NCBI GenBank assembly: GCA_043803105.1
Contig: JAZDKJ010000006.1
Location: 192,001 to 256,000, forward strand
Length of the DNA stretch: 64,000 nucleotides
From: Candidatus Woesearchaeota archaeon
Lineage (GTDB): Archaea > Nanobdellota > Nanobdellia > Woesearchaeales > JAZDKJ01
Direction of reading: 5' to 3'
Part shown: positions 18,261 through 27,248 of the stretch, one piece after another
Layout: each line of letters opens with the position of its first letter
Position numbering within the stretch: the first letter of the stretch is position 1
The notes under the pieces: model-generated
The model's input: only the letters and a program-made list of their open reading frames with translations
What the model was told of the DNA's origin: nothing
Databases searched by the model: none
Made by a program: the position numbers and the translations under genes

Positions 18261-18280
18261 AAAATCTTGATGTTTTGTAA
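18224..18280 (+). pseudogene. Probable N-terminal stub of a DGR reverse transcriptase
   Basis: MPRDLWQELCSIKNLDVL* resembles the (N/D)L(Y/W)..(I/L)CS..NL start of DGR RTs, sits at the expected position just after TR and ends at the IS boundary. Confidence 0.55.
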
Positions 18281-18285
18281 GCCAG

Positions 18286-18900
18286 AAATCTCCGCACTTT
18301 AGTGCGAGAGATGAATGGCGACACTTTCTTATTGGTGAAAAATAAAAAAATGCGTGACGAGCGTAAGCTGCGTCACGCATCTACTCAGTCAAAAGTAGCG
18401 TGAGCTTTGCTCGTCGGAGACGAGCAAAATGGCAAAACTTGAGATCAGGCATTTCGCGCACAAGGTCGGTGTCAACGTGCACCATTTGGAATGGTGCACA
18501 AAGTATCGTTACAAGATGTTTAAGCAGGACAAGTATAAAACTCTTGCGGAAGAAATTCTTAGGGAGGTGGCTGAAAGACTTCGTTTGGTTGTTCGTGAAC
18601 TGAGTGTCATGCCTGAGCATATCCACATAAGTGTTGAAGCTCCACCTTGTATATCGCAGAGTAAGGCGCTTCAGCTTCTGAAGGGTAATTTGAGCTTCAG
18701 ATTTTTTCGCGCCAATGAGAACTTTCGGTTGAGGTACCCTCAAGGACATTTCTTCAGCCCAGGAGGATTAGCAAACAGCACAGGGTATAACACAGTGGAA
18801 GTGGTGGATGAATATGTCAGGACTCAGCAAGACATTCACCAAAGAAACCTATCAGAGCTCACTGCAGGAAGCCCCGCACTTTAGTGCGGGGAGGAGGTCA
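18286..18900 (+). mobile_element. IS200/IS605-family element (tnpA only)
   Basis: Y1 transposase bracketed by matching subterminal hairpins CGCAC-TTTA-GTGCG at ~18290-18311 and 18872-18891; exact ends approximate. Confidence 0.88.
18429..18884 (+). CDS. tnpA: IS200-type Y1 (HUH) transposase
   Basis: HLEWCTKYR, PEHIHI (HUH), LKG..S and C-terminal EYVRTQ tyrosine. Confidence 0.93.
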   Translation: MAKLEIRHFAHKVGVNVHHLEWCTKYRYKMFKQDKYKTLAEEILREVAERLRLVVRELSVMPEHIHISVEAPPCISQSKALQLLKGNLSFRFFRANENFRLRYPQGHFFSPGGLANSTGYNTVEVVDEYVRTQQDIHQRNLSELTAGSPAL

Positions 18901-18913
18901 CTTGAGGAATAAG

Positions 18914-18949
18914 AAAAAAGAAAAATCCCCCCGAGGGGGGAAAAGTTTT
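18914..18949 (-). terminator. Hairpin plus T-tract, probable terminator downstream of ftsZ
   Basis: C6/G6 inverted repeat followed on the minus strand by TTTTTCTTTTTT. Confidence 0.5.
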
Positions 18950-19022
18950 GCCTTCATTTTAGTTTTTGGGGGTGGTAAAAATGAAGGCAGAACACACACT
19001 AAAGACTAAAGGGTGTGATTGT

Positions 19023-20090
19023 CTACCTGATTATTTCTATCCCAAGCTCGTCGTTAAAGACCTTTTGCTTGGTCTGCTTGTCGTACTGCATCTTGCCAAG
19101 TATCCATGGCGATTTTACCCCTGTAATTATTGTCATCACTACAAGCTTTCCCTTCATGTCATCGGTGACTCTGGCGCCCCAGATTACGTTGGCATCATCG
19201 TCAAGGGTCTCTGTGACAAGCTCGCCAACCCTGTTTATCTCGTCCAAGGTCAAGTCAGGTCCGCCTGCTACGTGTATCAGCGCTCCGGTTGCTCCGTCAT
19301 AACTGATGTCCAATAGTGGGTTTGACAGTGCGCCTTTCACTGCTTCGTCGACTCTGTTGTTTGTGTCTGACATCCCTACTCCTATCGCTGCTACTCCACC
19401 ATTGGTCATTATTGCTTTTACGTCCGCGTAGTCGAGGTTTACTAACGATGGCAAGGCAATGGTCTCTACAATCGCTTTGATCATTGTGGCTATTAGTTCG
19501 TTAGCAACCGCAAACGCCTGCTGTACAGGCAGATTTCCTGCTATGTTGACGAGCCTGTTGTTGTCTATCACTATTACTGTATCGCATATCTGCCTAAGTT
19601 TCTGGAGCCCGAATTCTGCTTTGTCAACCCGTGCCCTTTCTATCTTGAAAGGCATTGTCACTGTTCCGATCACTATTGCTCCAGTGTCTTTTGATAGTCC
19701 TGCTATTACCGGTGCAGCCCCTGTTCCTGTGCCTCCTCCCATTCCCGCGCACACGAATGTCATGTCTGCATCTTTGAGTGCTGATTTTATCTCTGATGTT
19801 GCCTCTAGTGCTGCCTCAGCCCCTTTCTCAGGAAAGCCTCCGCATCCCAGGCCGCGTGTCACGCTTTTTCCTATCAAGAATTTCCTGTCAGCATGTACTA
19901 TATTGAGGTGTTGCTGGTCAGTGTTGCATGCAAGTATCTCTGCTCCCTTGATGCCCTTGTTGAAGAGCCAGTTGACCATGTTGGTACCTGCCCCTCCCAC
20001 ACCTATAACCTTGATGTTTGCTTGCCCTATCTCAAGGCCCCCTATTTCTTCGTTGCTGTTTTTTGCTGCGTTTTGCACCAAAAAGTCCAT
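19023..20090 (-). CDS. ftsZ: Cell division protein FtsZ
   Basis: VIGVGGAG, GMGGGTGTGAAP and NLDYADV. Confidence 0.98.
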   Translation of the reverse strand: MDFLVQNAAKNSNEEIGGLEIGQANIKVIGVGGAGTNMVNWLFNKGIKGAEILACNTDQQHLNIVHADRKFLIGKSVTRGLGCGGFPEKGAEAALEATSEIKSALKDADMTFVCAGMGGGTGTGAAPVIAGLSKDTGAIVIGTVTMPFKIERARVDKAEFGLQKLRQICDTVIVIDNNRLVNIAGNLPVQQAFAVANELIATMIKAIVETIALPSLVNLDYADVKAIMTNGGVAAIGVGMSDTNNRVDEAVKGALSNPLLDISYDGATGALIHVAGGPDLTLDEINRVGELVTETLDDDANVIWGARVTDDMKGKLVVMTIITGVKSPWILGKMQYDKQTKQKVFNDELGIEIIR

Positions 20091-20571
20091 TCGTTTCACC
20101 CCTTTAGTGTCTTCGTTAGTGTCGTTGCAATATATATTTTGCAAACTATGCTTCCAGCTACAATAATGTTTATAAGTTACTGCATTTTGTTAACTACCTA
20201 GAAATCGTTTGTTTATCTATGCCCAATGGATAACCAAATGCTAAAGGTTAAAAACTAATTAAGTTTGTGCCCAAACAAATCTTAATTAACACACATAAAA
20301 TCTAGGTTTTGCCCAAAAACCGAGATTTTTATATTTTCTTCAGTCTGTTATAACCAGTATTTATACTTTACCATAATGAAATATATATTTTATAAAGGCT
20401 ACTTTTCCTATGGAATTTTTGTCGTCGAAAAAGCTATGTTTCCTATGGAAAATACTGCTATATTGTCCTCGGTATGTGACTATATCTCAGTATAGAAATT
20501 GTGTGCTTTTGGATACTTTTTACATTGAAGGAGTAATCAATTTAAGCCTTAGCTGATTCTTCAGATTAAAA

Positions 20572-20964
20572 ATGAACTCAAAGCTGATAGCACTTGAACC
20601 CCGCATTTCCACGGGCTGGTCTTTATATGGCATAATCACAACCAACGAATCTCAAAGGCAGTGGATTGTTGGACTATCAAGGCCTGGAAGCGACGTAAAA
20701 TCACTCGGCATAGATTTGGTTGGTGTAAGGATTAGAAATTACAATCCTAATGACCGGCTGTATGTTCCCGAGGAGTTTCTTACGGACACAAAACTGCGCC
20801 AACTCTTTGTTTACGTGCCCGACCATGACAGGTTAGCATACCTTCACCTTTCTAACAAGATAATAGAACAGTTCAAGGAAGTTCCACTCGAAGGAAGGGT
20901 TTTTGACCAGTGGGACAATGAATTGTCTAACCGAATAGTGTTGTGCTTGGTAATCCCAAAATAA
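20572..20964 (+). CDS. Hypothetical protein
   Basis: 130-aa ORF filling the gap before the convergent nitroreductase. Confidence 0.6.
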   Translation: MNSKLIALEPRISTGWSLYGIITTNESQRQWIVGLSRPGSDVKSLGIDLVGVRIRNYNPNDRLYVPEEFLTDTKLRQLFVYVPDHDRLAYLHLSNKIIEQFKEVPLEGRVFDQWDNELSNRIVLCLVIPK

Positions 20965-20966
20965 AT

Positions 20967-21653
20967 TTATTTCTTCTTTACAAGCCCTTTAAAGAATTCC
21001 TTTCCCTTAGTAAATGAATTTCCTATCTTCTTGTTGTACTTTCCATCAACAAAATCCTTTCCTGTTTGTATCGCTTTCTGAACCTTTGCGCTGTGGTAGC
21101 CAAACACATGGTTTATGTCTGCTGTGTGCGCTCCCCAGCTGTTTGGATATACCTTGTCATACAGCGGCGCCCTTGGCGTTTTTTTGGCTACTTCTGCCGC
21201 ATAGCCTAATGGGAGTATTGCCTGTGGTCGTATGTAGTCAGGGATGTCAAGTATCCTTTTGAGCATCTCTTCTTCAAACGCTCCTATCCAGCATGAGGAC
21301 AGCCCTTGTGCGTGTGCTGCCAAAAGAAAGTTCTCTATTGCAGCAGCGCAATTCTGCACTGAATACAGTCTTTCTCCTCTTATGCCGTAATATTGCTCTA
21401 CCTTTTCTGGCTCTGCGCACACCACCACATGCACAGGCGCCACCGCAATCCAGTGCTGCTGCAGCGACGCCTCCCCAATCTGCTTTCTTTTTTCAGCGTC
21501 GGTTACAACCACAAATTTCCAGCTTTGAAGGTTTCCTGATGATGGTGCCTGGATTGCTGCCTCAATGCATATGCCCACTTTCTCCCATTCTACTGGCGCT
21601 TCAGTAAATTTGCGTACGCTCCTTCTGGTATGTATGCATTCCAAGACGTCCAT
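20967..21653 (-). CDS. Nitroreductase family protein
   Basis: RRSVRKF, APSSGNLQ.W and GLSSCWIG. Confidence 0.93.
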   Translation of the reverse strand: MDVLECIHTRRSVRKFTEAPVEWEKVGICIEAAIQAPSSGNLQSWKFVVVTDAEKRKQIGEASLQQHWIAVAPVHVVVCAEPEKVEQYYGIRGERLYSVQNCAAAIENFLLAAHAQGLSSCWIGAFEEEMLKRILDIPDYIRPQAILPLGYAAEVAKKTPRAPLYDKVYPNSWGAHTADINHVFGYHSAKVQKAIQTGKDFVDGKYNKKIGNSFTKGKEFFKGLVKKK

Positions 21654-21695
21654 TATTACAAAATTTTATATATACTGGTATTTAATAGTTGCGCT

Positions 21696-23447
21696 ATGGA
21701 TTATGACACTCTTGTCGAGGTGTATTTGCAGCTTGAGAGGACAACCAAGCGCCTCGAAAAGACTTGGATTATCTCGCAATTCTTGAAGTCAGTTAAGCCA
21801 GAGAGCATGCCTGAGGTTGTGCTTCTCCTGCAAGGGATTGTCTTCCCTACCTATGATGAACGAAAGCTTGGTGTTGCAGACCGCCTGGTGATAAAGGCAC
21901 TGAACGTAGCTACAGGCATCGATGTTGCCGAAATCGAATCTGTCTGGAAAAAGTTTGGCGACCTTGGTGAGGTATCAAAATCACTTGCCACAAGAAAGCG
22001 TCAGCAGACATTATATTCGCAAAAGCTAACTGTAAGAAAGGTCTTCACCAACTTGCAAAAGCTCGCAGAATTTGAGGGAAAAGGCACAGTTGATCAAAAG
22101 GTAAAGCTCATCGCTGAGCTTCTCTCATCCGCAACGCCCGACGAGGCCAAGTATATCATTAAGACAATCATGGAGGAGCTCCGTGTCGGCGTTGCCTTTG
22201 GTGTTCTGCGCGATGCAATAGTCTGGGCTCACTTTGGTGAAGAATCAGGAATATCCTTTGACCCAAAAACCAAGGAAGTCACAATAAGTAATCGAGATAA
22301 ATACCATGAGTTTGTCATCGCTGTGCAAGAGGCTTATGATGTCTCAAACGATTTTGCCACTGTCGCAAAAGCCGCAGGCTCTGGTGTTGACCAACTAAAA
22401 AAGATTGGCCTTACTGTCGGAGTGCCGATAAAGGTGATGCTCGCCTTGAAGGCAGAAAGCCCGGAGGATGGTCTTGAGCGTGTTGGCATTCCTGCAGAGC
22501 TTGAATACAAGTATGACGGCTTTAGGATGCAGATACACAAGTCAGAAAAGCGCATAAGGATTTTCACCCGCCGCCTCGAGGATGTCACAGCACAATTTCC
22601 AGAGGTTGTCTCCTTTGTCTCAAAACTTGTAAAGGGTTCTTCCTTCATCCTGGATTCTGAGGCTGTTGGCTTTGATTCAAAGACAAAAAAATACATGCCT
22701 TTCCAGAATATCTCCCAGAGGATCAAGCGCAAGTATGACATTGATGAGCTTGCCAAGAAGCAGCCTGTCGAGTTGAACATTTTTGACATTGTTTCCTATG
22801 AAGGTAAAAGCCTGATTAGCACTCCCTTTGAAGAGCGTAGGAGATTGCTCGAAAAGGTTGTTAGAGAAGAGCCCCTCAAGCTTGTTCTTGCCAAGAAGCT
22901 CATAGCAAATTCTGTCAAGGAGGTTGAGCAGTTCTTCAAGGAATCTTTGGATAAGGGCAACGAGGGCATTATGATAAAGAATCTTCAAGCGCCTTACAAG
23001 CCTGGCGCAAGGGTTGGTTATATGCTCAAGCTAAAGCCAACCCTGGACACAATTGATCTTGTTGTGGTTGCGGCTGAATGGGGTGAGGGCAAGCGTGCAA
23101 AGTGGCTCAGCAGCTACACTGTCGCTTGTGTTGATGAGGACGGCACTTTTAGTGAGGTTGGCAAGGTCTCTACAGGCCTTAAGGAAAAGCGCGAGGAAGG
23201 AGTCTCTTTTGATGAGATGACTGAGGTCTTGAAACCATTAATCCTCAAGGAGAAAGGAAAACAGGTCTTTGTCAAGCCAAAGATTGTTGTCTCAGTCACT
23301 TACGCAGAAATACAGAAGAGCCCGACTTATGCATCCGGCTATGCCCTAAGGTTTCCCACCTTTGTGGCAATTCGTTATGATCGCGGAAAGGATGACGTTG
23401 CCTCTTGCCAGATGATGGAAGACTTGTATAAAAATCAAAAAAAATGA
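21696..23447 (+). CDS. lig: ATP-dependent DNA ligase
   Basis: EYKYDG, EGIMIK and LRFP motifs. Confidence 0.97.
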   Translation: MDYDTLVEVYLQLERTTKRLEKTWIISQFLKSVKPESMPEVVLLLQGIVFPTYDERKLGVADRLVIKALNVATGIDVAEIESVWKKFGDLGEVSKSLATRKRQQTLYSQKLTVRKVFTNLQKLAEFEGKGTVDQKVKLIAELLSSATPDEAKYIIKTIMEELRVGVAFGVLRDAIVWAHFGEESGISFDPKTKEVTISNRDKYHEFVIAVQEAYDVSNDFATVAKAAGSGVDQLKKIGLTVGVPIKVMLALKAESPEDGLERVGIPAELEYKYDGFRMQIHKSEKRIRIFTRRLEDVTAQFPEVVSFVSKLVKGSSFILDSEAVGFDSKTKKYMPFQNISQRIKRKYDIDELAKKQPVELNIFDIVSYEGKSLISTPFEERRRLLEKVVREEPLKLVLAKKLIANSVKEVEQFFKESLDKGNEGIMIKNLQAPYKPGARVGYMLKLKPTLDTIDLVVVAAEWGEGKRAKWLSSYTVACVDEDGTFSEVGKVSTGLKEKREEGVSFDEMTEVLKPLILKEKGKQVFVKPKIVVSVTYAEIQKSPTYASGYALRFPTFVAIRYDRGKDDVASCQMMEDLYKNQKK

Positions 23448-23454
23448 AATTTAC

Positions 23455-24207
23455 TTAGTCACTCGCCTCAATCCATGTGTCCTCAAAGAATTTCCTGAAA
23501 GATTCTGATAACTTTGCGCTTTTTACCACAATCACATTATATGGCGGTTCATAGTCCTCAAACAGGATTGTGTTGTCAAAGATGATGATATCTGTCGGCA
23601 CTATGTGCCCTGTGAACCTTACTTCGCAGTACTTGAGTTTGACATAGTCTTTCAATAACTCCCTGCTTTTCTCGTTTGCGAGGATTCTTGCCCTGATTTT
23701 CTTCTCTATCCTCCTTGAGTGAATGTTTTTCAGGAATGTTGTCACGTTCCTGTCCTGGAGCTCTTTGCTTGAGGCAGCAAAAGCAAGGTACTCGTCGCCT
23801 TGTTGCAGGCTTTCAAAAAGAATCCTAAATGAGGTCTTGACCCCCTCCCAGCCTTCAAAGACTATTGCTTCATCTCTTGAGCTGTCTATCGCATGCATCT
23901 GGCTTAGGTGCGGGATGGACTTTTCAAGTTCGATTTTCAGGGTTTGCATCTCCCTTTCCTTTTCCTCCAGATAATCAACAAGCCTATGCGGGTCATACGC
24001 GTGGTAAAACCTGGTTTTCTGCTTGATTACAAACGATACAAGTCCTTTTTGCATCAGCCTCTCAAGTATTGCGTAGACCTTTGATCCTGAAACCCTACTT
24101 TCCGCTATTATAGGCCCAACAGTGGTCTGTCCCAACTTTAGCAAGGCGACGTAGACCTTTGTTTCCCCATCGCTAAATCCCAGTTTTCCAAAGATTCTCG
24201 TGTCCAT
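23455..24207 (-). CDS. TrmB-family transcriptional regulator
   Basis: LGFSDGETKVYVALLKLG wHTH and C-terminal SFRKFFE.TW. Confidence 0.9.
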   Translation of the reverse strand: MDTRIFGKLGFSDGETKVYVALLKLGQTTVGPIIAESRVSGSKVYAILERLMQKGLVSFVIKQKTRFYHAYDPHRLVDYLEEKEREMQTLKIELEKSIPHLSQMHAIDSSRDEAIVFEGWEGVKTSFRILFESLQQGDEYLAFAASSKELQDRNVTTFLKNIHSRRIEKKIRARILANEKSRELLKDYVKLKYCEVRFTGHIVPTDIIIFDNTILFEDYEPPYNVIVVKSAKLSESFRKFFEDTWIEASD

Positions 24208-24315
24208 TGATATGATGAAGTATTACGATTATTTAAATTTTTCTAACTATAACCCCCTCATGGGGAGTTACATTTTATATAAGATTAAGAACATAGAACA
24301 CCTTGTAGTTAAGGT

Positions 24316-24522
24316 ATGGCATCTGTGGAAAAGGGGGTAACAATGGGGCCAAAATCAACTGTTGCATCCTGGAAAGGATTGGACACTGAAGGTGATGCTG
24401 TAGGCATTGTCTTGGACGAGCCAGTGATATGCGGTATGTGTATGGCTGAAATGCTTGAGATCAAGAGTCACTTCTTCGAGTGCCCTCACTGCGGCAACAC
24501 ATATACTAAACTGGAAGAATAA
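24316..24522 (+). CDS. Small zinc-ribbon protein
   Basis: CGMC and CPHC pairs. Confidence 0.65.
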   Translation: MASVEKGVTMGPKSTVASWKGLDTEGDAVGIVLDEPVICGMCMAEMLEIKSHFFECPHCGNTYTKLEE

Positions 24523-24650
24523 GGATTTTCTAGAGGATAATTAGAGGTAACAATATTTCGGGCGGCTGATTTAGCGCACCCAAAAAGATAACTTTATATA
24601 GCAGTATATGCATCTGTATACAAAAATTTTTAGGAAAACAGGTGATTTTC

Positions 24651-24797
24651 ATGCCAAAAGGACGATGTATGCATTGTAAGAAGGAAGTAGAGATCAAGGA
24701 TTCAAAAGAAGTTATCATGAAGAATGGTATGAAGGCAGCTAAGGGCCTCTGTCCAACCTGCGGAACAAAGGTCTTCAGGATCATAGGGAAAGCTTAA
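24651..24797 (+). CDS. Small basic zinc-ribbon protein (DUF5679-like, 48 aa)
   Basis: GGTGA RBS; MPKGRCMHCKKEVEIKDSKEVIMKNGMKAAKGLCPTCGTKVFRIIGKA. Confidence 0.8.
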   Translation: MPKGRCMHCKKEVEIKDSKEVIMKNGMKAAKGLCPTCGTKVFRIIGKA

Positions 24798-24811
24798 TTC
24801 CCTTTTTTTTC

Positions 24812-25447
24812 TTAGAAGTTAAGGAAACCCATTGTCTTTGACAGTTCTTCTTTTTTGATTACCATTATCGTGTCTGTCCAGCAGGATATTGTCTCGATTA
24901 TGTTCACATTGTTTTCCCCGAACAGTGTGTAAATGTAGGCCATCACTCCAGGCACTTGCTCCAACCTTGCAGGGCTCTTCATCATTATTTCTACAAGCCC
25001 TGTGCTGACCTTGATGATGTTCTGGCCAAAGATTCTCTTGACAAGCCCTAGGAAATCCTCGGTCACTATTATCGTAACAGCATTTGCCCCCTTCATTATG
25101 TGGACTGTCTCGTTGGATTCATCTGCCTCTTTTTGCAGGTTAAGCAGGCCCTGATACTTGACATCAGGTTCAAGTATGACAACAGCTATCTTGTCCCTTA
25201 TTGAGAGTTTGGTTCCCTTGAGCAGGCTGATGATGTCCGTCGATTGGGCCTGCCCCTTGGTTTTATTGTAGTATCTCCTGCAGGCTATCAGAACAGCATC
25301 CTTGCTTTTCATTCCAGTCTCTTGTAGAATCTTTCTTGATAGTTTTGAATAGTTTACCAGGTTTGCTCTGATTGCCTGCCTTATGGTAGGATGGTTGTTG
25401 ATATACGCCTCTGTTACCCTGGTTATGTTTGTCATTTGATTCATCAA
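24812..25447 (-). CDS. ACT-domain regulatory protein
   Basis: NYSKLSR N-terminal HTH-like region; PGV.AY......NNVNIIETISCWTD ACT domain. Confidence 0.85.
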   Translation of the reverse strand: MMNQMTNITRVTEAYINNHPTIRQAIRANLVNYSKLSRKILQETGMKSKDAVLIACRRYYNKTKGQAQSTDIISLLKGTKLSIRDKIAVVILEPDVKYQGLLNLQKEADESNETVHIMKGANAVTIIVTEDFLGLVKRIFGQNIIKVSTGLVEIMMKSPARLEQVPGVMAYIYTLFGENNVNIIETISCWTDTIMVIKKEELSKTMGFLNF

Positions 25448-25544
25448 TAAACCCTTGTTTATAAATGTTTCTTTTGGGACAATTTTGTCTTTTTTGTCCT
25501 GATATGGTCGGTACCTTTTTAAATTCAGAAATCACTTTTCTCTC

Positions 25545-26027
25545 ATGCTGGAAAAACTCTTAAAGACTGACTGTAGGTATGTGCTCGAATTCCATAGCGA
25601 CTTCTCTGATATAGACACTGAAAAACTTGGACTACTTATCAAAGTCGCCTTTGGAACCAGCCTCGTTAAAGGTTACTTCGCGCAAGAACCAATAAAAGTA
25701 GTTTTGCTCGAGAGCTTTCATCGTGCTGCTGCTATTATCCTACCTTACCAGGGCTGGGATTATCTCGATAAGTTTGTGGTTCATCCTCTTCTTCAGACTA
25801 ATGGTGTTGGTAGTGAAATCTTTCACCAGGTCATGGCTGTTGACAAGGTATTTTGGCGAGTGGATCAAAGAAAGCCTTGCCTTCAGTGGTATTTTGATAA
25901 GGTTCCACAGTATGACCTCCATTCTGCCTCTGCGGGTAAGTGGATACTTTTTTGGAAAGGCCAATCCTCTGCACCCACCGTGTTGGAATACGCTGAGCAC
26001 AAGAGGGAAACATTGGAGGAGGTCTAA
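25545..26027 (+). CDS. GNAT/DUF619-type acetyltransferase domain (N-acetylglutamate synthase-like)
   Basis: YLDKFVV...Q..G.G, FWR, WYF and W.LFW motifs; immediately upstream of argG. Confidence 0.7.
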   Translation: MLEKLLKTDCRYVLEFHSDFSDIDTEKLGLLIKVAFGTSLVKGYFAQEPIKVVLLESFHRAAAIILPYQGWDYLDKFVVHPLLQTNGVGSEIFHQVMAVDKVFWRVDQRKPCLQWYFDKVPQYDLHSASAGKWILFWKGQSSAPTVLEYAEHKRETLEEV

Positions 26028-27248
26028 ATGGAAAAGGTGATTTTGGCTTATAGCGGTGGTCTTGACACCTCAGTCATACTCAAGTGGCTTTTGGACAAGG
26101 GCTATGAGGTTGTCTGCTTCATTGCAGACGTTGGCCAGGATGATGATTTTCAAAAGGCAAAAGACAAGGCTTTGAAGATTGGCGCAAGCAAGGTCTACAT
26201 CCAGGACCTAAAAAAAGAATTTGTCGAAAAATACATTTTCCAGGCCTTGAAGGCTGATGCAATTTATGAGGGCAAGTATCTTTTGGGAACTTCGCTTGCA
26301 AGGCCTTTGATTGCCAAAAAGCAGATTGAGCTGGCAAAGCTTGAGAAAACCCATACAGTTGCTCACGGTGCAACAGGCAAGGGCAACGACCAGGTGCGTT
26401 TCGAGCTTGCCTACATGACCTTGATGCCTAATGTCAAGATAATCAGCCCATGGAAAGACCATGAGTTCTTGTCCAAGTTTAAGGGAAGGACTGACATGAT
26501 CAAGTTCGCAAAAGAGAAAGGTATTCCTGTCAGCTCAACAATGGAAAAGCCTTATAGCATGGATGATAATCTCATGCACATAAGCTATGAGGCAGGCCAA
26601 TTGGAGGATCCTGGCTTCGAGCCGAAAGAGGATATGTTCAAGAGGACAGTCTCACCAAAAGATGCTCCAGATAAGGAAACAAAGATAGTGATAGAATTCA
26701 AGGCTGGCGTTCCAGTCAAACTGACCAATCTCTCAGCAAACAAGTCAGTTTCAGGCCCGCTTGAGCTGGTTCAGTACTTAAACGAGCTTGGCTCAAGGAA
26801 TGCGATCGGTCGCATTGACCTGGTCGAGAATCGTTTTGTAGGAATGAAATCACGTGGTGTCTACGAGACTCCTGCAGGTACGATCCTGCATAAGGCGCAC
26901 CTTGACATTGAAGGCCTGGTTTTAGACAGGGAGGTCTTTCATTTGAAGGAGATGCTCATGCCTCGCATAGCCTCCCTTATCTACAACGGTTTCTGGTTCA
27001 GCCCTGAGATGGATTTTCTTATGGCTGCTATTGACAAGAGCCAGGAGAATGTTGAGGGCAAGGTCTTCATGACTTTGTACAAGGGCAACGCTTTTGTTAC
27101 AAGCCGTAAGTCAAAGAAGTCTCTTTATGATGAGGATATTGCAAGCATGGACAAGCTTGGAAACTACGACCAGACTGATGCAACAGGTTTTATCAGGCTT
27201 AATGCCTTGCGCTTGAAGCTAGGGAAAAATGAAGCTATGGCTAGATAA
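26028..27248 (+). CDS. argG: Argininosuccinate synthase
   Basis: [24 protein letters not shown] and KSRGVYETP. Confidence 0.98.
   Translation: MEKVILAYSGGLDTSVILKWLLDKGYEVVCFIADVGQDDDFQKAKDKALKIGASKVYIQDLKKEFVEKYIFQALKADAIYEGKYLLGTSLARPLIAKKQIELAKLEKTHTVAHGATGKGNDQVRFELAYMTLMPNVKIISPWKDHEFLSKFKGRTDMIKFAKEKGIPVSSTMEKPYSMDDNLMHISYEAGQLEDPGFEPKEDMFKRTVSPKDAPDKETKIVIEFKAGVPVKLTNLSANKSVSGPLELVQYLNELGSRNAIGRIDLVENRFVGMKSRGVYETPAGTILHKAHLDIEGLVLDREVFHLKEMLMPRIASLIYNGFWFSPEMDFLMAAIDKSQENVEGKVFMTLYKGNAFVTSRKSKKSLYDEDIASMDKLGNYDQTDATGFIRLNALRLKLGKNEAMAR

Noticed and set aside
18885-19022. tnpB or remainder of an RT after the IS200 transposase
   Set aside because: Only ~140 bp separate tnpA from the ftsZ stop and no such coding sequence is present
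19459-20166. Long antisense ORFs (also 32525-33307, 42704-43333, 51532-52233)
   Set aside because: Shadows of well-supported genes on the opposite strand, with no motifs of their own
24530-24784. 84-aa minus-strand ORF
   Set aside because: Antisense to the better-supported 48-aa zinc-ribbon gene at 24651-24797
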